NCBI GenBank assembly: GCA_031414595.1
Contig: JANNVX010000015.1
Location: forward strand, 1-64,000
DNA length: 64,000 bases
Direction: 5' to 3'
From: Deinococcales bacterium
Lineage (GTDB): Bacteria > Deinococcota > Deinococci > Deinococcales > JAAFIG01
Below, piece after piece: positions 17,958 through 27,756 of the stretch; the stretch's first letter is position 1; the number at the start of each line of letters is the position of its first letter. The notes beneath the pieces are model-generated. The model saw only the letters and a list, made by a program, of their open reading frames with translations. It made no database searches and had not been told where the DNA came from. A program made the position numbers and the translations under genes.

Positions 17958-18965
17958 TTAAGAAAAACGTAGACGTGATGTAGATTCACGAAGAATTAAG
18001 CTAGGTGTAAGGGTAGTCGGTTTTTGAAGATGACCCTCGAGTAAATTCAGTACCATTGCCGCCGCCGCCGCCCCCATGTCTTCGCCCGGTTGGCGCACCG
18101 TTGTTAGCGGAGGGGTGGTGTATCCTGCGGCAAAAAGGTCGTCAAAGCCAACCAGACTCATGTCTTCAGGAACCCTGATACCACGGCGGAATAAGGCTAA
18201 ACGTGCGCCCATTGCAGTCTGGTCATTGGCGGCAAAAATAGCCGTAAAGTCGGCGCGGCGTGAAAGCAGCAATTCTGCGGCTAATAACCCACCGCGTTCT
18301 TGAAAATTACCCTCGAGTACAAGGTCTGGATCGTAAGCAATACCAAATTCGGCTAAGGCTGCCTTATAACCGGTTAAACGCTCAATTGAATCACGGTGCG
18401 TGCTAGGTCCTGCCAAATGGGCGATTTTGCGATGCCCCAACTCGAGCAAGTGACGCATACCAAGCATTGCTCCGTCCTCTTGACTGATGTAAATGCTTTG
18501 GCGTTCTAAACCTTCAACCGACCGACCAACCGTGACGATTGGTAATGATTTCGCCATTTTAAGGATGTATTCATCCTCGAGATTTCCACCAAGAATAATG
18601 ATTGCATCTGACCGACGTGCCGTTAGAATATCCACAGCTTCACGTTCTTCATCTGCCCGCCAATGCCCAGAAATAAACATCGGGTGATAGCCACTGTTTG
18701 CCAGTCCTTGTTCGATACCAACAAAGGTTTCACCATAAAACGGACTCGAGATGGCTTGGGTCACTACCCCAATAATCATTGAACGACCTTTTGCAAGCGC
18801 TTGCGCCATCACATTTGGACGATAACCCAGCGAAGCAATTGCATCTTCGACTGATTTACGTTTGTCTGAACTGACCACAGCCGTCCCGTTGAGGATTCTC
18901 GAGACCGTACTGGGCGAGACATTCGCAATTTTGGCAACATCATTTAAGGTGCGTGCTTGGGACAC
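17958..18965 (-). CDS. LacI-family transcriptional regulator
   Basis: HTH TLNDVAKIANVSPSTVSRILN, hinge YRPNVMAQAL, PPLTTVRQ. Confidence 0.95.
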   Translation of the reverse strand: MSQARTLNDVAKIANVSPSTVSRILNGTAVVSSDKRKSVEDAIASLGYRPNVMAQALAKGRSMIIGVVTQAISSPFYGETFVGIEQGLANSGYHPMFISGHWRADEEREAVDILTARRSDAIIILGGNLEDEYILKMAKSLPIVTVGRSVEGLERQSIYISQEDGAMLGMRHLLELGHRKIAHLAGPSTHRDSIERLTGYKAALAEFGIAYDPDLVLEGNFQERGGLLAAELLLSRRADFTAIFAANDQTAMGARLALFRRGIRVPEDMSLVGFDDLFAAGYTTPPLTTVRQPGEDMGAAAAAMVLNLLEGHLQKPTTLTPSLILRESTSRLRFS

Positions 18966-19004
18966 TTAACAAACTCCTTTGAGGTGATTTCTTGAATGTT
19001 CTGG

Positions 19005-19033
19005 ACTTTATCAGATGTTGAAAGCGCTGTCAA
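19005..19033 (-). promoter_or_regulatory. Promoter with overlapping LacI-type operator
   Basis: Minus strand TTGACA-17 nt-TAAAGT. The palindrome TTGAAAGCGCTGTCAA (19018-19033) has the central CG typical of LacI operators. Confidence 0.8.
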
Positions 19034-19066
19034 GAGTTGGCGAATCAAGCCAAAAATAAATGGCGA

Positions 19067-22000
19067 TTATGCAGAACCTCGGGTCTTTTCTTCGAGAAAT
19101 GGCGCTTCGATGTGCCGATACGACCAAGTTGCCGCCAGATACGCCAAACCCAAGCCCAAGCCTGATAACCAGAAAAACTCGAGTGGATTTTGAATACCAC
19201 CGTAACGAAAATCTGGGTTGTGCAGCAAGCGAATCGTCTCGAGAATCGGATAATGCCAAATGTAGAGTCCAAAAGAAATTTTTGCCGTATGGCGAAAAAA
19301 AGCATTGTCAAATAAACGCCCTAAGACTCGAGAAAATGGCAAAGTGACGAGCATAATTGCAATGGTCAAAGGAAACCACGGAAAACGGTATGGCTGGGCT
19401 TGAAAACTCGAGCCAAAATCCCCTGCTCCACGCCAGAACCACAACAGTGCCAGCATTGCCATAAACGCCAACAACGCAACGCCATCAAAAGCTGCACTGA
19501 CCCTGCCCTGACGGTTCTTGCGATCTACAATAAAGCCGGCTGCCAGCACGCCAAGCAGATAATGGGCAAACATCCCAATCGCGTTGTAATTTGGCATCCA
19601 GTATTTAGCGCCGCCAATTAAGCCATGCTCCCAACCACGATTTACATTGTCCGGTACAAGCCCTTCGAGAATCAGATGATTTGCCACAAAAACAATGCCT
19701 AATAAACCAAGCCAAAACTGCACCGCAAACCAAAAGCCACGTTTTGGGAACTGCACAAATAATAACCACATCCCAAGCGGCATTAAAAGATAACAAAAGA
19801 CTTCAAAGCCAATGCTCCAAAGCGGACCATTAAGTTCGACTGGAAAAAAAGTGATATGCGAAAAAGCACTGGTAAAGGTCGCGGCGGACAGTAAACGCAA
19901 CCAAATTTTTTCACCGTCCACCGCAAAAAATAAACCCAATAAAAAACTGACCAATAAACTGGCATAAAAGCCCGGCACAATCCGCACTGCCCTGCGCCGT
20001 GTGTACTCGAGCATATTTGGCATTGGTTTTTGTGCCAAGTATGCTTTCCAGAACGGAATTGAAAGCAGCATTCCAGATAAGACAAAAAAGGCACTGACCC
20101 CAGCGCTGCCCTGTTCAAAAAAAGCATCAAAAAACTGAAGTTCTGCACCTGCCTGTCTGGAATCAAAACGCTGCCACAAATGATGCAAAATCACCATTAA
20201 GCAACCAATCGCCCTGACCCCATCCGCGCCTTGCAGGGTTTGCGCTCCAAAGACTTGCACTCGAGAACGATTTGCCCAAAGGGTTTGCCAACGCCCCCAC
20301 CAAGGCGCAGCCACAGTTGCTACAGCGATATTTAAGGCTAAACTAATCTGACGCGCAAAGACCAAAAACACCAATAAAGGCACTAAACTCGAGATGGCTG
20401 TGCCAATCAAATATGCGCCACTCAGACCACTTCTAGCATTCATATAGGCTAAAATCTGCCCAACCATCTGCTGTTCTGGCGACTTTAAGAGGGCTAAAGC
20501 CACCGAGTTATTGTTCCAAACCGTCACAAAGGTCATTAAACCAAGGGTGGCAAGGGCTGGGCGAGCGAGCGGTAACATGATTTGTCCATAAATCCGCAGG
20601 TCACTTGCTCCATCAATTCGGGCTGCCTCGAGTAAGGATTTTGGCACAGCACTCTGCACATATTGACGCACCAAAAACACCCCAAAAGCCGAAACCATCC
20701 CAGGAACCCAAATTGCTTTAGGCTGGTCTATCCAACCTAAAATTGCCATATTGACCGCCGTTGGAATCAGATTCATTAAACTTGGAAAGAGCATCACACT
20801 CAGCACCAGACCGTACAAAATGGCTTTACCGCGAAACTCGAGCAGCGCAAAAGCAAAACCCGCTAGACTCGAGACCAACACCGCTCCCAAAGTCGAAAGA
20901 AGGGCAATATAGGTGCTGTTCCACAAATTACGCCAAAAAGTCGGTTGTGCCTCAAGCAACAAAGCATAATTATCTTGCCAAGCATCGCCGACACCAAGCC
21001 AAGCCCCAGAGTATGAGCGTGTACCTGAGAGTAACAAGTTAAAAATCGGAATTAGACACAATGCCAAACCAGCCAGTAAAATAAATTTCATCACCACCCG
21101 AGCGGCTTTAGAAAACTGCAATGGTGAATTGTCTGACTCGAGCAGGGCAGTCGTCTCGAGCAGGGTAAAGTTACGCCCAAAAAGCTGATAGAACACAAAA
21201 ACAATCAGGGCGATGCCTAAAAAGAACAACCATGTCTGAGCGCTGGCTAAGCCAAAATCGGCATCCCAAAAAGCAGTGCGAATAATATAAGTCGGTAAAT
21301 CAATACTGCGAATATCTGAAACCAGACCAAACCACTGCCCAACCGAAGTCTGTGTGCCACGCAAAAAACTCATGGTGAATGCCACAAAAATCATGGGGCG
21401 CATCATCGGTAGCGCCAGATGCCAAAATAAACGCCAAAAACTCGCCCCGTCTAGCTGAGCGGCTTCGTACAAACTGCGAGGCACAACGTTTAAGACCATT
21501 AAGTAAAGTAAGACATTCCAACCAGTCACATTCCAAAGTTGAGTAAAAGCTGCCGAACTTTCTGAGTAAAAAGAAGACAGTGACGGCAAACTCGATGCAA
21601 AAATTGGCAAAGCCGAAAGCAGTGATTCAAGTCCCAAAGGCAGCCCCCAGAAAATTGTAAAAATTGCACCTAGAACCGCCCCTGCCGCTAAACTCGAGGT
21701 CATAAACGGCACAAAAATAATCGTGGCAATTAAACCCTGAATTCGCTTAAAGGCAATATGCAGCATAAACGCCAAAGGAATGGCTAGTAAATGCTGTCCT
21801 AGTGCTGTGATTAAAGCCAATCGCAATGAACGCCACCAACCCTGCCAGAAAATCGGGTCTTGAACAGTGTAATTAAACGCCCACAGACCATCAAAACGCA
21901 TACCGCTTAGTCCACTGCTGGGATTCCATTCCATAAAGGCAACCACCAAGGACAAAAACAGTGGAGCAAAAGCAAACAACAACAACAAGATAAAAAACGG

Positions 22001-22090
22001 GGCAATAAAGACATAAGCACTGCTCGAGTGCAACGAAGAACGCTTGGTGTTGGTACGCGAGGGCGCACTTTGTAAAGGTTGACTGACCAT
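19067..22090 (-). CDS. Fusion protein: MalF-like permease + MalG-like permease + acyltransferase-3 (OafA/YrhL-like)
   Basis: Two EAA loops (LYEAAQLDGAS, LLEAARIDGAS) followed by AT3 motifs DGVRAIG, FFVLSG, RRAVRIVP, LWSIGFE, SFGLYIWH and IEAPF, all in one open frame. Confidence 0.85.
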   Translation of the reverse strand: MVSQPLQSAPSRTNTKRSSLHSSSAYVFIAPFFILLLLFAFAPLFLSLVVAFMEWNPSSGLSGMRFDGLWAFNYTVQDPIFWQGWWRSLRLALITALGQHLLAIPLAFMLHIAFKRIQGLIATIIFVPFMTSSLAAGAVLGAIFTIFWGLPLGLESLLSALPIFASSLPSLSSFYSESSAAFTQLWNVTGWNVLLYLMVLNVVPRSLYEAAQLDGASFWRLFWHLALPMMRPMIFVAFTMSFLRGTQTSVGQWFGLVSDIRSIDLPTYIIRTAFWDADFGLASAQTWLFFLGIALIVFVFYQLFGRNFTLLETTALLESDNSPLQFSKAARVVMKFILLAGLALCLIPIFNLLLSGTRSYSGAWLGVGDAWQDNYALLLEAQPTFWRNLWNSTYIALLSTLGAVLVSSLAGFAFALLEFRGKAILYGLVLSVMLFPSLMNLIPTAVNMAILGWIDQPKAIWVPGMVSAFGVFLVRQYVQSAVPKSLLEAARIDGASDLRIYGQIMLPLARPALATLGLMTFVTVWNNNSVALALLKSPEQQMVGQILAYMNARSGLSGAYLIGTAISSLVPLLVFLVFARQISLALNIAVATVAAPWWGRWQTLWANRSRVQVFGAQTLQGADGVRAIGCLMVILHHLWQRFDSRQAGAELQFFDAFFEQGSAGVSAFFVLSGMLLSIPFWKAYLAQKPMPNMLEYTRRRAVRIVPGFYASLLVSFLLGLFFAVDGEKIWLRLLSAATFTSAFSHITFFPVELNGPLWSIGFEVFCYLLMPLGMWLLFVQFPKRGFWFAVQFWLGLLGIVFVANHLILEGLVPDNVNRGWEHGLIGGAKYWMPNYNAIGMFAHYLLGVLAAGFIVDRKNRQGRVSAAFDGVALLAFMAMLALLWFWRGAGDFGSSFQAQPYRFPWFPLTIAIMLVTLPFSRVLGRLFDNAFFRHTAKISFGLYIWHYPILETIRLLHNPDFRYGGIQNPLEFFWLSGLGLGLAYLAATWSYRHIEAPFLEEKTRGSA

Positions 22091-22106
22091 AATAATTTTA
22101 TTGAAC

Positions 22107-22124
22107 TCTGAAAGCCCTTTCAGA
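22107..22124. promoter_or_regulatory. Second LacI-type operator-like palindrome
   Basis: TCTGAAAG-CC-CTTTCAGA, between divergent genes and next to a minus-strand TTGACA (22128-22133). Confidence 0.6.
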
Positions 22125-22193
22125 TTGTGTCAAAATAATGACATGTGATGTATTCTGAACCATCCCGCCCCACAAAGACGTAAACTAAGCATC

Positions 22194-24056
22194 GTGATTG
22201 GTTCTGAAATTCTGCATTATAAAATCCTGCGAAAACTTGGGGCTGGCGGTATGGGTGTTGTCTACGAAGCGCTTGACACCAAACTCGAGCGGAGTGTTGC
22301 CTTAAAGTTCCTTTCCGAAGGTGTAATCCATAACCCCCAAGCCATGGAACGCTTTGCCAGAGAAGCCAAAGCCGTCTCGAGACTTGACCACCCGAACATT
22401 GGCGCGGTCTTTGCCTTAGAACAAAGCACCGACCAAACCTTTTTAGCCATGGCAATGTACCAAGGCACAACCCTTGCTGGGCGACTCGAGACAAGCCGCC
22501 TAAGCCTGCCCGATGCGCTAAGAATTGCCCTCGAGATAGCCCGAGGCTTGGAACACGCCCACGGACAAGGTGTGATTCACCGCGATATTAAACCCGCCAA
22601 TGTGATGCTCGCCAAAATGCCGAACAACAACGAACTGACCAAAATCCTTGACTTTGGACTTGCCAGACTCGAAGATGCCTCCAAACAACTGACCCGCCCC
22701 GGCGCAACCACAGGCACGCTACTTTACATGTCACCAGAGCAATTAGCGGGCAAAGCCGATGCACAATCAGACATTTGGGCATGGGGCGCAGTGGTTTACG
22801 AAACCTTAGCTGGACACACGCCGTTTAATGTAGACGGGATTGGCGCACTGCTAAACGCCATTTTGAACGCCGAACCAATCCCACTCGAGCAAAGTCGCTC
22901 AGACACACCAAAAATCCTTATAGAAATCGTGATGCAGAGTTTGCAAAAAAACCCAGCCAACCGCCCAAGCAGCATGAGTCAAATTGTTGCCAGTCTCGAG
23001 ACGCTGCTTTCTAGCAGTGGCGAACGAATGCTCATGAGCAGCCAAAATGCCAGTGTTTCGCTTCCACCACTCGAAAAACCCATTCCAAAAGCCATGCCAA
23101 GCCCATCCGAATCTTTACTCTTTGAAAACCCCTCGAGTTGGGATACTGGCTTAAAAAATTCCAAAATCATAGACACGACTTCCGACAATGATAGTGTCAC
23201 CATCAGCATTCCCCGCCGCCGATTTCCGTGGTTGCTGTCTATTCCAATTCTAGCCAGTATTGTCGTTGCAGCATGGTTTTTTGTACCACGCACCCCACCA
23301 GAAAACAATTGCGAACCATTAAACACCACAGGTTCAATGCTCGACATCGCCATCAAATGGGCAGTTCCCTTAATTCCACTCGAGAACTGTGGTTCATTTG
23401 GCTATGGACAAGGCAGCGCCACCAGCCAATATACAGATGCCCAAAATGTCAAACGCCAAGTCCTCGCTTTACTGCCCGGTACAGTCCTTGTGGCAGACAA
23501 TATCCAATACCCGCAAACCCAATCTATGCGAACCATGATTGGCTTAAAAGGCAATGCCACACCAAATGCCAGCTACCAAGGCAGTGGCAGCCAATTCCAA
23601 GTTGGTAAAGGCAAACTTTTTACCGCCCTCTATCCCTCGAGCCTGAACGCAAATACATCTGGACAAGCAATTGTTTTAACCAATGAAGAACTAAGTAGTA
23701 CCCATTTAGCCCTGAATGTCTACCAAGTAGACGAAGTAGACACCGATATCCAGCGCTTAGATGTCACAACTTCTAACCAGCATACCCAAAACTTTGTTGG
23801 CGCACTCTTTGGCGGTAAAACTGCTGTTTTTCTGGGGATTGGCGCAAATGCCAACGCCAACACCTTTAATGTCAATGTTCCGCTCGGCATCACCCGATAC
23901 ATTATTACGGGTTTAACCCCCGGCAAAAGTTACGACATGGGCTTTGAACCAGACCGAGGTTGGAATTACATCACCTTGAAAGCTGGAAAGTCCGGCACGG
24001 TCAATAGCGCCGGAATACTTGTACTTGGTGAAGGTTTACAGCGCTTAAAGAGGTAA
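22194..24056 (+). CDS. Hanks-type Ser/Thr protein kinase with one TM helix and a beta-rich extracytoplasmic domain
   Basis: GAGGMGVVY, VALK, HRDIKPAN, DFGLA, YMSPEQ and DIWAWG motifs; TM segment WLLSIPILASIVVAAWFFV. Confidence 0.92.
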   Translation: MIGSEILHYKILRKLGAGGMGVVYEALDTKLERSVALKFLSEGVIHNPQAMERFAREAKAVSRLDHPNIGAVFALEQSTDQTFLAMAMYQGTTLAGRLETSRLSLPDALRIALEIARGLEHAHGQGVIHRDIKPANVMLAKMPNNNELTKILDFGLARLEDASKQLTRPGATTGTLLYMSPEQLAGKADAQSDIWAWGAVVYETLAGHTPFNVDGIGALLNAILNAEPIPLEQSRSDTPKILIEIVMQSLQKNPANRPSSMSQIVASLETLLSSSGERMLMSSQNASVSLPPLEKPIPKAMPSPSESLLFENPSSWDTGLKNSKIIDTTSDNDSVTISIPRRRFPWLLSIPILASIVVAAWFFVPRTPPENNCEPLNTTGSMLDIAIKWAVPLIPLENCGSFGYGQGSATSQYTDAQNVKRQVLALLPGTVLVADNIQYPQTQSMRTMIGLKGNATPNASYQGSGSQFQVGKGKLFTALYPSSLNANTSGQAIVLTNEELSSTHLALNVYQVDEVDTDIQRLDVTTSNQHTQNFVGALFGGKTAVFLGIGANANANTFNVNVPLGITRYIITGLTPGKSYDMGFEPDRGWNYITLKAGKSGTVNSAGILVLGEGLQRLKR

Positions 24057-24152
24057 AAGCTGTTTGTATAAGACTTCGGTTTGGGCATCAAACGCCACAA
24101 AGACCACTCGCTCGAGACTCGAGGGTAATTCAAGAACTGCTCGGGCTTCACG
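24045..24152 (-). pseudogene. Probable 3' remnant of a macrodomain (YmdB-like) gene
   Basis: Manual translation REARAVLELPSSLERVVFVAFDAQTEVLYKQLLPL* resembles the final strand and helix of macrodomains; in-frame TAG immediately upstream. Confidence 0.55.
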
Positions 24153-24196
24153 CTAAAAGCAAAAGCCCCCTGTACGCATAGAATCACAAGTAGTCA

Positions 24197-24419
24197 GCCC
24201 CTCTCCCAACTCGCTTGAGGCTCGTCACCCTCCCCCAAATACGCTTCGCTTGGGGAGGGTTTTGGATTCGGGTAGTGTTTTGTGTTTCCTTGAAAAGTGC
24301 TTTTAGAACAATACTTTTTGGTGTTCCCCCAAATTTAATTAGCAAAACAAACCGAACAACCCTCTCCCGCGCTTTTTGGCGGGACGAGGGTAACGAGCCT
24401 AAGCGAGTTGGGTGAGGGT
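24197..24419. repeat. Composite inverted-repeat element (CCCTCWCCC type, MITE/REP-like)
   Basis: Imperfect terminal inverted repeats of about 40 bp (CCCTCTCCCAACTCGCTTGAGGCTCGTCACCCTC vs reverse complement CCCTCACCCAACTCGCTTAGGCTCGTTACCCTC), plus inner hairpins at 24228-24259 and 24360-24390. Confidence 0.75.
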
Positions 24420-24490
24420 TGGATGACGTTGACAGGCTATCACTCTCGAGTAATTAGGGATTTGGTAATGTCGCCACGCCAGACCTCAAG

Positions 24491-25987
24491 CTAGAATTCA
24501 GGGCGGAACTCACCCCAAAGTTGCCTTAGTACACCACAAACTTCGCCCAGCGTGGCATTTGCCCTGAAAGCTGCCATGACAAGCGGGAACACATTTTCTT
24601 CACTCGAGGCGGCTGTTTTTAAGTTTGCTAAGGCTGCTGTAGTGGCATTATTGTCTCGAGCCGCACGGTAGGCTTGTACCTCAGCACGGCGTAGGGCATC
24701 GGTTTGGGGGTTGATGCTTTGAATCGGAACACTCGAGCCTTCTTTACTTTGGAATTTATTGACCCCAACCACAATTCGCGTCCCCTTTTCGATTTCTTTT
24801 TGGAACTGATAAGCGGCTTCTTCGATTTCTGACTGAATAAACCCTGCTTCGATGGCGGCTACACTGCCACCAAGCGCTTCGATTTGCTCTAAAATATGGG
24901 TGGCTTGTTGCTCGAGCGCATCGGTTAGGCTTTCGATATAATAACTGCCACCTAGCGGGTCGGGTTCTTTGGTCACACCACTTTCAAAGGCAAGCACTTG
25001 CTGGGTACGAAGCGCCAGTTTTGCGCTTGATTCGGTCGGCAGCCCAAGGGCTTCGTCAAAAGCATTGGTGTGTAAACTCTGTGTGCCACCAAGCACCGCC
25101 GCCAGTGCTTGATACGCAGTGCGGATAATATTTACTTCGGGTTGCTGTGCGGTGAGGGTACTGCCTCCCGTCTGGGTATGAAAACGCAACATCCATGATT
25201 TGGGATTGAGCGCCCCAAATTCAACCCTTGCAATTTGCGCCCACATCCGCCGTGCTGCCCTAAACTTAGCGGTTTCCTCGAGAATATCATTGTGGCAAGC
25301 AAAGAAAAAACTAAGGCGCGGTGCAAATTCATCCAAGGTTAAACCCGTCTCGAGGGCTGCCCGAACATAGGCTTTGGCATTTGATAAGGTAAACGCAATT
25401 TCTTGGGCGGCGGTACTGCCCGCTTCGCGGATGTGATAGCCCGAAATGCTGATCGTGTTCCATTTTGGAATGTGCTTGGTGCAGTACACAAAAGTATCGG
25501 TAATTAAACGCATAGACTGTTTTGGCGGGTAAATATATGTTCCTCGGGCAATGTATTCTTTCAAAATATCGTTTTGAATTGTGCCACCAATTTGAGTTAA
25601 ATCCACGCCTTGCGACTCGGCAACCAGTGCATAAAGTGCTAGTAACATCATTGCTGGGGCGTTAATCGTCATGCTGGTGGTGACTTGCTCAAGCGGAATG
25701 TCCTTAAACAGTTTTTTCATGTCGTCTAGCGTGGCAATGCTCACACCAACCCGTCCGACTTCACCAAGCGCCAAGGCATCGTCAGGGTCAAGTCCGAGTT
25801 GCGTTGGCAAATCAAAGGCTACTGACAAACCGGTTGTACCTTGGGATAACAAATACTGGTAGCGTTTATTGGATTCCTCGGCGCTGCCAAAACCCGCGTA
25901 CTGACGCATTGTCCAAGCTCTAGACTTGTACATGTCTATATGGATGCCTCTGGTAAACGGAAACTGCCCAGATTGTAAAGTGTTCAT
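24491..25987 (-). CDS. Methylmalonyl-CoA mutase, substrate-binding (N-terminal) subunit
   Basis: [31 protein letters not shown] and [11 protein letters not shown] motifs; no B12-binding DxHxxG domain. Confidence 0.92.
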   Translation of the reverse strand: MNTLQSGQFPFTRGIHIDMYKSRAWTMRQYAGFGSAEESNKRYQYLLSQGTTGLSVAFDLPTQLGLDPDDALALGEVGRVGVSIATLDDMKKLFKDIPLEQVTTSMTINAPAMMLLALYALVAESQGVDLTQIGGTIQNDILKEYIARGTYIYPPKQSMRLITDTFVYCTKHIPKWNTISISGYHIREAGSTAAQEIAFTLSNAKAYVRAALETGLTLDEFAPRLSFFFACHNDILEETAKFRAARRMWAQIARVEFGALNPKSWMLRFHTQTGGSTLTAQQPEVNIIRTAYQALAAVLGGTQSLHTNAFDEALGLPTESSAKLALRTQQVLAFESGVTKEPDPLGGSYYIESLTDALEQQATHILEQIEALGGSVAAIEAGFIQSEIEEAAYQFQKEIEKGTRIVVGVNKFQSKEGSSVPIQSINPQTDALRRAEVQAYRAARDNNATTAALANLKTAASSEENVFPLVMAAFRANATLGEVCGVLRQLWGEFRPEF

Positions 25988-26004
25988 AACCGCATGATAA
26001 CGCT

Positions 26005-26820
26005 TTATTTGATAACTTTAGCCACTTCGCGCCGTACCGCATCTGGGCTTAAACCCGCGCCAAAAAACTTGGTTTCGTTTTCAGTCCAAATTTCAAACAA
26101 CAAACGGGCATTGTTCTTTGTGCCTCGAGTGCCATCTAGCGTGCCGCTATTGCCGACAAAACCAATAATATCGCCGCGTTTAATTTGCGTGGCATAGGTT
26201 AAATTTGGATTGATGCTCGAGAGATGCCCATACCGAGTTATCACGCCGTTATTGTGCAACAAAGAAACTTGCCGACCACGCAATAAATTTAGATCATTTT
26301 GACTTGCACCATCTTTGACTTTAGTCAGCAAAACCTGAAATTCTTGAGGGGTTAATTCCTTAAAGTTCGAGGTCAATAACTTGACTTTAGCATCAGCAAC
26401 TGCCAAGACTGGCATTCCAAATTGAACTTGCACCCCAGCATCCACACCCGTAAACACAAAACCCTGTGAAACACCACGACGATATGCCCTTGGTGCATTT
26501 GGCAAATTATCTGCCGAAGTTGGCAGCCGCGCCCCCGCCAAAGGCAAAGAAAGTTTGGCATCCTCGAGAAGTGCGGCTTTTTCAAAGACCTCGAGTTTTG
26601 CTTCTGTGCGCTCTAAATTCGCCACAGCCCCACGCCACTGGATGGTCGCAAAAATGCCATACAACAGTAAAGCAGCCATAATATACCAACCCGCACGAAC
26701 CCGACCCCACGGAACACGCCCTAAAAAACGTTGCGCCTCGAGCCACCACAAAGAAGCCCCGCGTTGCACCCGCCGCCACAAGACTTTTGCACGATTGAAC
26801 CACTCTTCTCGAGTATTCAT
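26005..26820 (-). CDS. Membrane-anchored M23-family peptidase-like protein
   Basis: TRYGHL and [11 protein letters not shown] motifs; N-terminal TM. The usual HxH metal ligand reads RLLFE, so activity is uncertain. Confidence 0.8.
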   Translation of the reverse strand: MNTREEWFNRAKVLWRRVQRGASLWWLEAQRFLGRVPWGRVRAGWYIMAALLLYGIFATIQWRGAVANLERTEAKLEVFEKAALLEDAKLSLPLAGARLPTSADNLPNAPRAYRRGVSQGFVFTGVDAGVQVQFGMPVLAVADAKVKLLTSNFKELTPQEFQVLLTKVKDGASQNDLNLLRGRQVSLLHNNGVITRYGHLSSINPNLTYATQIKRGDIIGFVGNSGTLDGTRGTKNNARLLFEIWTENETKFFGAGLSPDAVRREVAKVIK

Positions 26821-27042
26821 GGGCATTATTGTACGTTATTTGGCAACGGCTCTGAGTACCCGACACTTTCGGTTGTTCCAAGAGTGTTTTTAAGAAGCAT
26901 AAAGAGTGAACCCCGACTGATAGCACTTAGCTCGAGACTGCCCGAAAATTTTTTGCCCCTCGAGCCAAAGAAATTGTGCGTGACCAAATTTTAGAGCATT
27001 TTGTAGCTGTATGTCATCAGTCTCGAGAATCATGATTTATTG

Positions 27043-27708
27043 TCATTGGTTTTCGGGTATCGGGCGCATTGGCACAAAGCTATTGATATGGTCTGAATCT
27101 TGGTGTCCTTCATGCCAAGCACCACCAAATCCTAAAACCGCTAGGGTACAACGGCTTGCGTCAGCACTCTTTTCGGACTTTGCTTGCTCGAGTAACCCAG
27201 TGATGTCTTGTACCAATTGCTGATACCGTGCTTGGCTTAAACTCAGTGTTCGACTATGAAAATGGGCTGGGTGCTTCTCGAGCGTATTTGGCACAAACGC
27301 TTCGATTTCAGGACGTGGAATGTGTTGATCTGCAAAACCATGAACATGATAATCGGGGTCATCTGATGCCAGTAGTGCATCTGAGCGCTCATATGCGGCT
27401 AAAAAAGCGGCACTGAGCAATTTCATATCTGTTACTTCTTGTTGTTCGACAGGTAACAAATCCCTGCCATAAGTAAAAGTTCGGGCTGCTAACTGGTAGA
27501 ACACCTTATTCTTTTCTCGTTGATGCTCGAGTAATAATCCTACTACTAAGGCTTTTTTAGCATGATGGTGGACAAGATTTGCAGCTAAACCTATTTTTTT
27601 TGCAACATCACTTGGGTTTGTTGGCTCGAGAAAATGACCAAGAATACTCGAGGTGCGTAGGACATGAGCGGCTTCTGGGTTGGTAATCCGAATTTTATCT
27701 TTTTGCAT
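27043..27708 (-). CDS. Winged-helix (ArsR-like) domain protein
   Basis: N-terminal HTH PSDVAKKIGLAANLVHHH...KVFYQL. Confidence 0.65.
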   Translation of the reverse strand: MQKDKIRITNPEAAHVLRTSSILGHFLEPTNPSDVAKKIGLAANLVHHHAKKALVVGLLLEHQREKNKVFYQLAARTFTYGRDLLPVEQQEVTDMKLLSAAFLAAYERSDALLASDDPDYHVHGFADQHIPRPEIEAFVPNTLEKHPAHFHSRTLSLSQARYQQLVQDITGLLEQAKSEKSADASRCTLAVLGFGGAWHEGHQDSDHINSFVPMRPIPENQ

Positions 27709-27756
27709 GGGTTTAGTTTGCGCTGTTTGGCTTTCAGTGCGCTAGAGTCTCGACTG

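Noticed and set aside
24491-25987. Mutase as a truncated pseudogene or an isobutyryl-CoA mutase
   Set aside because: Split mutases with a separate B12 subunit are normal, the Tyr in RQYAGF and the Arg in YIARG fit methylmalonyl-CoA specificity, and a leaderless -10 supports the start.
26830-27040. Possible additional gene remnant (LETARKFFAPRAKEIVRDQILEHF) in the intergenic gap
   Set aside because: It reads protein-like, but I cannot assign a family and it is interrupted by stops.
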